From Oikopleura dioica (lineage: Eukaryota; Animalia; Chordata), in the NCBI GenBank assembly GCA_907165135.1, contig CAJRAX010000001.1:1-11000 (forward strand): 11,000 bases of DNA, written 5' to 3'. Position 1 is the stretch's first letter, and each line of letters starts with the position of its first letter. Below are positions 1 to 9,124 of this stretch, in pieces. The position numbers and the translations under genes were made by a program. The notes below the pieces were generated by a model. The model was not told the origin of the DNA. It searched no databases and saw only the letters and a list, made by a program, of their open reading frames with translations.

Positions 1-723
1 AACTTGAAACTCATTCAAGTTTGCTGCTTTTGACATTTAGCTTCACTGCCTCATTTATCAAACATAAATAAAGAAGTATCGAACTTTTTTGAATAATGAG
101 TTTAATGAATTCCTGAACGGACTCGTTGAACTCAATAAATAATCTTCATTCATTGCCAATAAAAACGACCAGCTGTAAGCAGTAAAAACCAATGTTAGGG
201 TCGCGCAACAATGATGATGGATCAGTGATCAGACTGATTGAAAGTGCTTCTTAAATAATTATCAAGAACCTTGATTCGAAATTGAACCACGATACGTACC
301 AAAATAATAATTAATAATTATGCAACTATGCAACAAAATTATAATATTTGGGACGGTACAATTCCTGTAACAGTTAATTTCTTCAAAGATGTAAAAAGAA
401 GAATATTTACAGTCGATGAAAACGATTAAATGTCCGACAATATCAATAAAGTCACTAAGTAGCGAGTTGTAGGGTAGATCACTATAAAAGTTATTTCAAC
501 ATTTCTTGTCGGGACCGCCCTTGACCACACTCTGGGCGTGTTCAAACCAAATAATTCCGCGGGCTTACTGTATCTAAAGTGTTGTCGAAATGTTGCGTGA
601 TGCTGACGTTTGGAGAATCGGATTCTAGATGCTTTGGTGGTGCTCCTTGAGGACATGTTTTGAAGTGTTAAGATTGCATCATATCACCGGCGGTGGCTTC
701 GTTTAGCCTCTGAACATTACCGG

Positions 724-915
724 TTGACCAATCAAAAGCGGCACAGCCCAAGTCCGTCCCACCGAGCATCCGCCTTCTGTCCTCACTCTTCAAGAGACTG
801 CCCCAGCATCAACACCTTACCCCTTTTCCAGACGATTTTTAAAAAATATCATGAGGTTAGTACGCAAACACCTATACAGCCCCACGTGGCGGCGCCTTTT
901 CTCCAAAGGGCGTGG
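724..915. promoter_or_regulatory. Putative CTH proximal promoter: CCAAT box, E-box, GC-box
   Basis: GACCAATCA (CCAAT 728-732, NF-Y-like), palindromic CCACGTGG (882-889, bHLH-ZIP E-box) and GGGCGTGG (908-915, Sp/KLF-like) within 250 bp upstream of the inferred ATG at 971. Motif matches only. Confidence 0.35.
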
Positions 916-970
916 TATGAAAGATTAAATGAGACTTTACTAAATTCCGCACCTCAAAAGTTAGATAAGA

Positions 971-2810
<1,840 letters not shown>

Positions 2811-2937
2811 ATAGTTTATATTTCTTTTATTTCGTCCCTGTCTCTTCTCCCGCCAGTTCACATTTTGTTTAGGTATGTAGACTATTTCTAATTACAAAGC
2901 AATTGTGCTAGGTTTAATAATGATAAAATATGAATTA

Positions 2938-2943
2938 AATAAA
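2938..2943 (+). terminator. Polyadenylation signal of CTH
   Basis: AATAAA about 130 nt after the TAA at 2808-2810. Confidence 0.55.
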
Positions 2944-3064
2944 TATTCATAATCAAATCTTCGTTGTTGTTACACAAAAACACGCAAAGCAGGTCAGGTT
3001 GTTTTTAACGGTCAATTTTATCAAGATTTCTTCGAAATTGTGGCGCCAAAGTCAAGATTCACCC

Positions 3065-3100
3065 TATAAAACCCCGGTCGAGCGGCCGTTCAACCAGTCG
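3065..3100 (+). promoter_or_regulatory. TATA box and candidate initiator of ZP-A
   Basis: TATAAAA at 3065 with pyrimidine-A initiator-like sites (TCA 3090-3092, CCAGT 3094-3098) 27-31 nt downstream, about 100 nt before the ATG at 3171. Confidence 0.55.
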
Positions 3101-3121
3101 TGTGATTTCCGCCGGCTGAGT

Positions 3122-3170
3122 TTTTAAGTTTCAATTTTAAGTTTCCCTTTTTAAGTTTCAACCCTAAGTT
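3122..3170 (+). repeat. Tandem TTTTAAGTTTC x3 plus partial TAAGTT in the 5' leader of ZP-A
   Basis: Exact 11-mer at 3122-3132, 3135-3145 and 3149-3159; TAAGTT at 3165-3170 directly before the ATG. Confidence 0.85.
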
Positions 3171-6093
3171 ATGCTAGAGAAATTAATCTTCTTGTTACTG
3201 GGGACGGTAGCCGCGCATGTGAAGGTCTGCCCTCTCCATACAAATGTCGTCTTTGATCTTAGTTATCAGTGTAATGCCGTAAGTAGGCTGCAAGACTACT
3301 AGGTCTTAAATAGAGTTTTAGCACACTAGCACATTAGAAGTACGTAAGACAAACGTCGCAGCTGCTATCGCCGAAGTAAACACCTTGAAAGCTAGAGGCT
3401 TCTGTGACAATTTAAACTCCTTCACGATGTTGTTCAACAATCCATCAAACGACGACTTCAGGTTTGATTATTCATCGTATTCAAGTAAAATGGTATATTT
3501 TAGTATGCCAGTAGTCTCTCCTCCTTGGGGAGATTATGATCCTGGCGTTGCTACCTCACAGAGCTACAGTTTCACCGAGGAAGAGCTACACGTCATGTTT
3601 TATATCGATGCCCAGTGGGACAGTGGGGCCGCAAGTTTCGACTGGGATTGGATGGCCTACAAAATCATCCAAGAAGTGCAAAACAGCGTGTACCCGTCAG
3701 GAACTACTTTTGAAGTCTTCGTTGCTGCTCCTTCTAATACATACGCTCATTATCCAATTTATAGATATGATACTATTGATAGGAAACGCCGAACAACAGG
3801 TAGGATGTTCTAAAATATTTAAGGTTAAATCAATTCTAAGACTCACAATATCATGATTGCGAAATCCGAAGTGTTCAAGTTCTCTACCAACGACTGGCAG
3901 CAGCGCTTCGAGTAGGACCCATTGCCACCGAAATTGTACACGCAGCCGGCTTACAATCGACAGGACTCGTTAACCTAAGCTCCTACTACCTCAAGTAAGC
4001 TTCTTTGATTCGTATTCCGTTAACAATTCATCAAGATACGTTAAAACTGCCGAGCGAAACCGCATTATCTCCGTAAACATCATCAACCACGAAAGTTTCG
4101 TTACGAGCATCACTCATAATGACAAACTCCGATTCTTTTCCGAAATTAGCCATGTTGAGGCTACGAAGTCGATTTGCTCGCTCTTCCTCTTCCGCGAACA
4201 AACCTGGCTTGATAATTTCTACATGATTATGGAAATCGACAGCTATGACGGAGAAGATGTCAATTTTGGCCTCATTGGCGGTTATTGGCGATTCGAGTTC
4301 CAGTATTTGGTCAATTACTGGTACGGTTCGCCTGTTATTGTGCCACCGGTTGGTTCTGTAACTGACGCGCCAGTTACTCCCCAGTGCGAATGCCAAAATG
4401 GATGCACCTGCGAACCTTCGTGCAAAGATGAAAATAATTATTATTGCAAGCCTCAAGGAAAGTCTTTCAAAATCTCTTCCTTAATAACATTTTATTTCAG
4501 TCGGTTTCCCGTTTATTGGTAAAAACTGTGAGTATCCGATTCAACCTCGTTGCACCACCGACTCTGTCTCCATCTCAGTTCCAAACGAAGCCATCTTCTG
4601 GTATGCACAGGAGTTCCGAACGTGGCCGTGCACGGATGTGCAGCTGGTACGATTTGCCACCCCTCTGATGCTATTTGCGGACCATTCCGTGTCACTCCTG
4701 GTAGCACAAGCGTCATCGCCTCTTGTCCAGTAACACCTTCTCTCGCCGGTGGCAGCTTACGCTCGTCAGTCACTTTTGTCTTGGACCGAGTGGACGATCT
4801 CATAAGCATGCCCGCGCCCTCACCCGCGTTGACTGTGTTGTTGAGGTTCGACAAGCACAAGCTGTCATCCGCCCTGAAATTCGAAATGTCGGCACTGTTT
4901 CTAAAGTTAACATTTGGCAGCCAACAATGTCCTTCTGGAAAACTAACTTCAACGTTCGCCCAGGAATCCCCGCGAATAATCTCGCTGTTCCCGGTACTGG
5001 CACAATCATCTACGTTGTTGGTGAAATGCTGCATGTAAGATTAGAAGCAGATTACAACGGGACTCCGGCGAGTCAATTGCCGACACCACACACAATCTCG
5101 TTGGACACTTGCACTCTCCGATCATCAGTTAACGCTGGCCATGCGATCACAATCTTGTCAAATGGCGTTGTCCCGCCAAATCTGCCTTTCCCCGTTGTTG
5201 TTGATCGCGCTGCTGGATCGGTTGGCGGTGGCCAGGAGTTCCCCGGAGTTGGCTTCCAATTCCAAATGTTTCAGTTCGCGCCTGGTACAGAAATCACGCT
5301 GATGTGCTCCGTACGTATGGACAAAAACAGAAGACGACGAAGATCTTCATACGATCCCTACTTGCTCCATGAAAATGAACAGCATACTTTCTCCGAATGG
5401 ACAGAACTTCTTGACCAATATGAAGACTACTATGAAGAGTACGAATCAGATGAATACTTGCCCGAGCTTTATAGCATTTCTGATGAGTATTACGACCTTG
5501 GCAATGATGAAGAACAAATCGAAGTTACATTCTTCGTGGTTCAAGAAGCATCCGACATCGACGCCCTTATTGAAGAGATCATTGAGGATCTCCAAACACT
5601 CACGATCTACGCTGACGTTCCTACGACAACGACGACGACAACCACGACAACGACTACGACCAGAACAACCGTTGATCTTGGCAAAATGATTGATGAATTT
5701 TTCCATGGAAACTTCACGACACCCAGTACCACCAGGACGACAATCAATCTTGCTGATGAAATTTTGGATTTCTTCGAAAACGGGACGAGCTTCATCGAGT
5801 CTAGCGGCAAAAAGCTAAAATCTGAAGTAAATCACTGAAATAACCTTTTACCATTTTATCCAAAAATTAACACGTCTTTTAAGGTCTACGAAGAGGTTGA
5901 AGAGATCGAAAAGATCCTAACGGAAACAGCTAGCTTCATGTGGATTCGATACCTTCTCATCAGTCTCCTCGGCGCCTTCACGATTCTCCTCATTATCTTC
6001 CTCAGACAACGAAGAGAAATGATCATTCAAAAGAGGCTTGAAGAAGAGGCCCTTATGGGCGAAGATAAATCTGCCTTTGGTTGTTCTTTTTAA
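3171..6093 (+). CDS. ZP-A: type I membrane protein (signal peptide, uncharacterised N-terminal region with RKRR site, EGF-like domain, ZP module, furin site, acidic/Thr-rich stalk, TM); two frameshifts as sequenced
   Basis: join(3171..3278,3349..3799,3841..3994,4036..4457,4501..5826,5884..6093) = 2671 nt; adding 2 nt at the frameshifts (about 4609 and 4812) gives 890 aa plus stop. Signal MLEKLIFLLLGTVAAH; EGF-like CECQNGCTC...GKNCE; ZP-C hallmarks (LDTC, FQFQMFQF, ITLMC); RRRRR at 5329-5343; EHP-like IEVTFFVV; TM WIRYLLISLLGAFTILLIIFL then RQRR. Residue-by-residue similarity to ZP-B. Could be a pseudogene allele or an assembly error. Confidence 0.85.
4458..4500 (+). other. Non-canonical GA-AG intron (43 bp)
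   Basis: GAAAGT...TTATTTCAG. Phase 1 joins CKPQ-V-GFPFIGKNC, and the paralog has a 44-bp GT-AG intron (6597-6640) at the identical position and phase. Confidence 0.9.
5623..5790 (+). repeat. Poly-Thr (T13, ACN codons) followed by a duplicated 24-aa unit in the ZP-A stalk
   Basis: ACG/ACA/ACC run at 5623-5661; TTRTTVDLGKMIDEFFHGNFT (5656-5718) vs TTRTTINLADEILDFFENGTS (5728-5790), 72-nt period. Confidence 0.85.
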
Positions 6094-6117
6094 CTTTTAA
6101 GTTTCTTTTTAAGTTTT
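6087..6117 (+). repeat. TTTTAAGTTT repeats immediately after the ZP-A stop codon
   Basis: Exact TTTTAAGTTTC at 6095-6105, TTTTAAGTTTT at 6107-6117, and the variant TTTTAACTTT overlapping the stop. Confidence 0.75.
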
Positions 6118-6127
6118 CTTATGTTCA

Positions 6128-6133
6128 AATAAA
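6128..6133 (+). terminator. Polyadenylation signal of ZP-A
   Basis: AATAAA 35 nt after the TAA at 6091-6093. Confidence 0.55.
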
Positions 6134-6469
6134 TTATTTTTTCAGTTAAAATATCGTCTTTGTTGATTCTTGCAGTGACAATATGCATAAGCAATTTATA
6201 AGAGCAGGGAACCCTGCAAGGGATACTTAAGTAAGGCATAATGGAGTTAATTTTCTTTTTCAAACAAGATTCGAAGTATCAGCTAAGGAAGAAGAGGACA
6301 TTTTGGTTTAGAGGTCATACGCAACAACTGAAAATTTCGAAATCAGATCGCAGATGTATAAAAAATTTTCGCTCTCTATTAAAAACAACCGGTCCTCAGT
6401 CGCGTTCTTTGCAAAATCGAGAGCGGACTGTTTTGAGTTTTTTCTATTTTAATTTTAAGTTAGAGATTT

Positions 6470-8012
6470 ATGTTCAATTTTTTGTTTCTTTTCGGCGTTG
6501 CTGCCGCGTTATCTTGCATTGACAATCCCTGTAATAACGGATGCGAGTGCGAGACTTCCTGCGAGGATGAAAATGACTACTATTGCCGACCGAATGGTAT
6601 AGGAAAAAGAGAAGAGATTCACTTTCAAATAAACTTTTAGCTGGGTTTCCATTCATTGGAAAAGATTGCGACTACGAGGCTATTCCGCTCTGTACTTCAA
6701 CCGGCATCAAAATCAGGATTCCTGCTGGCGCAGTTGAGGAATACGCTCGTGGCATCCCTAACGTCGGAATTCATGGTTAAAAACATCTATCAAAGTATAA
6801 GAAGTCATGAAATTTTAAGGATGCGCCAACGGTGTTTGCTCAGCAGCAGGCGCCGTCTGTGGACCAGCGACAGTTTCAAACCTTGGCTATTACGAACTCG
6901 AATGCCCAAGCCTACTTGGCTTTGACGGACAAGGACTTACCAAACACATAACGTTCGTGATGGACAGAATCAACGATTTGATCAGGTTAATTTTATAGCA
7001 AGCGCACAAAAATTTCAACGGTCTTAGCATGCCGCGCGCTCTTACAAGAGTCGTTTGCCAAACTGAAATTCGCCCGGCTGTCTCGGTGATTCGTCCCGAA
7101 GTCCGCGCTCCCGGCAGCATGGAACAAATCGAGTTCTGGCAGCCGGTCATGTCTTTCTACAAAACTGCTTGGAGCGTCCGACCCGGAATCGCCGCTAACA
7201 ACATGGCCACTCCTCAAGGTGAAATTGTTTACGTCGTCGGTGAGACTCTTCACGTCCGTGTTACCGCAAAAAGCGATATTGGTTCTGGTCTTCATTCGAT
7301 GGAGCTTGATATCTGTACCGTGTCTGATAACATGGGCAAGTCGATTACTATCATCAATGACGGCGTTGTTCCCGCTGATGTTCCTTTCCCTGTTGGCATT
7401 GACTTGCAGAAAGGCTTTATTGGTAAGCGAAAGGTTCATGAAATATGAGTCATTTTACATTTTGATAAATAAAAATAATCCAAGGCGATGGTTACGACCC
7501 TGAAGGTGTTGGATTTCACTTCCAGATGTTCCAATTCACTCCCGGCACTAAGATCTACCTGACCTGCCGAGTACACGTCAACCCTAACCGACGAAGAAGG
7601 GCTGCGCTTGAAGCTTCTTCCGACAAGCCAACGACTGAAGACGTCCAGATCAAATTCATCATCGTTAACCCACAAGAAAAAGAAGAAGTCATCAGCGATT
7701 TAGCGAATGTTATTGTGAAAGAGCGATTCTTCGAAGATGCGTTTGGAAATGATCAGGTATTTATGTAGATAAACAGAAATCTCCCCTTCGGGTCGACGAA
7801 CTTATTTCTATGCATTTTTTGTTCTTATGATCAAGCTCTTTTAGACAAACATTGATGAAGAAATCATCGTAGAGAGCAAAGAAAATACCACGAACGAAAA
7901 CAAAATCACACAGCGATTATGGATCGCTACTGGACTCATCCTTGTTGCTCTCCTCACTTTGACTTATGCATTGCTCCGCTATCGCCAGCAGCATCAAAAA
8001 TTGATTATTTAA
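6470..8012 (+). CDS. ZP-B: EGF-like + ZP-domain type I membrane protein, 420 aa, tandem paralog of ZP-A
   Basis: join(6470..6596,6641..6775,6820..6985,7028..7422,7485..7756,7845..8012) = 1263 nt, open, all GT-AG (44, 44, 42, 62, 88 bp). Signal MFNFLFLFGVAAALS; CIDNPCNNGCEC...GKDC; ZP-N; ZP-C (ELDIC, FHFQMFQF, IYLTC); furin site RRRR at 7589-7600; EHP-like VQIKFIIV; TM LWIATGLILVALLTLTYALL then RYR. Confidence 0.92.
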
Positions 8013-8128
8013 TTTCTGTATTTCGTTTCAGTTTCTTTCAATACATCATTTATTATATTGATAAGTATTGAAAAGTTTTTCTTACTTGTCCTACTATCGC
8101 ACGACAAAATATTTGGATATCTTTGCAG

Positions 8129-8134
8129 TTTATT
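8129..8134 (-). terminator. Polyadenylation signal of the minus-strand orphan ORF
   Basis: AATAAA on the minus strand about 42 nt after the stop at 8176; a second copy at 8049-8054. Confidence 0.45.
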
Positions 8135-8175
8135 TATATACAGGCAGTTTACAAGCGAAGAAGGAAATAATGAAA

Positions 8176-8580
8176 TCATTCTGGGACTGCAAAAGCTGGT
8201 TCTGATTCTTCCTCCCATATGATTAACCCGGAATTGATAATTTGCTCTCTAGTTCGCACAATTGGCGTTTTGGTGGTTAAATTTTCACTTGATCTCTTGT
8301 GCACTCTCTTCGGCGTTGATTTCGAATCCTTCTCGAACTTTCTCAGAAGAATTTTTGAGAATTTCAAGAATCTTGATGTCTTAGACTTCTTCGTCATGGC
8401 GGGACTTCTTGCTTTCTGAGTGATTGCATCGAAGACTTTCTGGTTGAGGTCTATCTCGACTTTGTTCAAGTTCGTGCAGGAGGAGAAGTATCTGGAGTCT
8501 CTACGAAGTTTTGGTGGATACATCGATCGATCGACAGTGACACTGTCATATCGAGGAGCTCTTCGGATTCTCAGTGACAT
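8176..8580 (-). CDS. Hypothetical Lys/Arg/Ser-rich protein, 134 aa, no recognisable domain
   Basis: Intronless ORF with an A-rich leader (AAGAAAATG), upstream TATAAAT and TCTAGA motifs, and a downstream AATAAA. It fills the gap between ZP-B and the ZIP gene. No homology recognised. Confidence 0.6.
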   Translation of the reverse strand: MSLRIRRAPRYDSVTVDRSMYPPKLRRDSRYFSSCTNLNKVEIDLNQKVFDAITQKARSPAMTKKSKTSRFLKFSKILLRKFEKDSKSTPKRVHKRSSENLTTKTPIVRTREQIINSGLIIWEEESEPAFAVPE

Positions 8581-8635
8581 TTTCTTGTTTTTTGCTTTTT
8601 TGGATATTCTGTTTTGCTGAACGGAAGTACTTGAT

Positions 8636-8652
8636 ATTTATAAAAATCTAGA
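8636..8652 (-). promoter_or_regulatory. Candidate core promoter of the orphan ORF (TCTAGA + TATA-like)
   Basis: TCTAGA at 8647-8652 next to TATAAAT (8642-8636, minus strand), about 24-34 nt upstream of a TCAG initiator-like site at 8620-8617. Confidence 0.35.
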
Positions 8653-8964
8653 ACAAGCTCTCAAGCGCCTACAGGTGGACATTACGCCACTGATACTGTC
8701 AGTCGTGCGCAGATGCACCTGCTTTTGCTACTGTCGACTGCAGGAGGCCATCAAATGAGGGCAATTTTACGGATGAGTACCGGAATCTCAATTTTCGTGC
8801 TTCGCGAAATAATTGTAACTTGAAAGGGAAGCGGAAGTGTGGGACCGATGCTATCACCAAAAGCGGCCGAATTAAGGCCTCGTTTCCATAACCGAAATGC
8901 AAATTTTATGCTTCATTAATCTGTTCTCGACTATTCGCATAATGCGAACCAATTTGGTTCTATT

Positions 8965-8974
8965 TTTATTTATT
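8965..8974 (-). terminator. Polyadenylation signal(s) of the ZIP gene
   Basis: Two overlapping minus-strand AATAAA (plus-strand TTTATT at 8965-8970 and 8969-8974), about 150 nt after the stop. Confidence 0.5.
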
Positions 8975-9124
8975 AAATGAAAGGATATTTTATTTAAGAG
9001 TATATAATTTAATATATCAGAGCTACAAGTATTTGCAGTTATGTTTATCAGGTAAAAAAAGGAAGATACAGTCGTTTATCGTCAAATTTACAGTTACGGG
9101 AAAATAAACTGGAAGAATGATGAT

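Noticed and set aside
41-143. Possible last exon of an upstream plus-strand gene (acceptor at 40, stop at 94-96, AATAAA at 134 and 158)
   Set aside because: Too short, no recognisable protein, and it cannot be tied to an upstream exon inside the window
58-222. Minus-strand stretch IHHHCCATLTLVFTAYSW...SSTSPFRN reminiscent of TLC/ceramide synthase motifs
   Set aside because: Bounded by an in-frame stop with no acceptor or start; the similarity is too weak
328-429. 33-aa ORF MQQNYNIWDGTIPVTVNF... faintly like the ATG5 N-terminus
   Set aside because: The similarity is about 8 residues and no splice path continues into ATG5-like sequence
4601-4813. Programmed double -1 ribosomal frameshifting in ZP-A
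   Set aside because: No slippery heptamer at either site and the paralog has no shift; error or a null allele is more parsimonious
6204-6217. Inverted repeat GCAGGG-AA-CCCTGC between the ZP genes
   Set aside because: A single 6-bp stem with no second copy or assignable function
7785-7793. cUUCGg tetraloop in ZP-B intron 5
   Set aside because: The stem is only 2 bp
8699-8902. 67-aa minus-strand ORF
   Set aside because: It lies in the short gap between the ZIP poly(A) signal and the orphan promoter, with no domain or supporting signals
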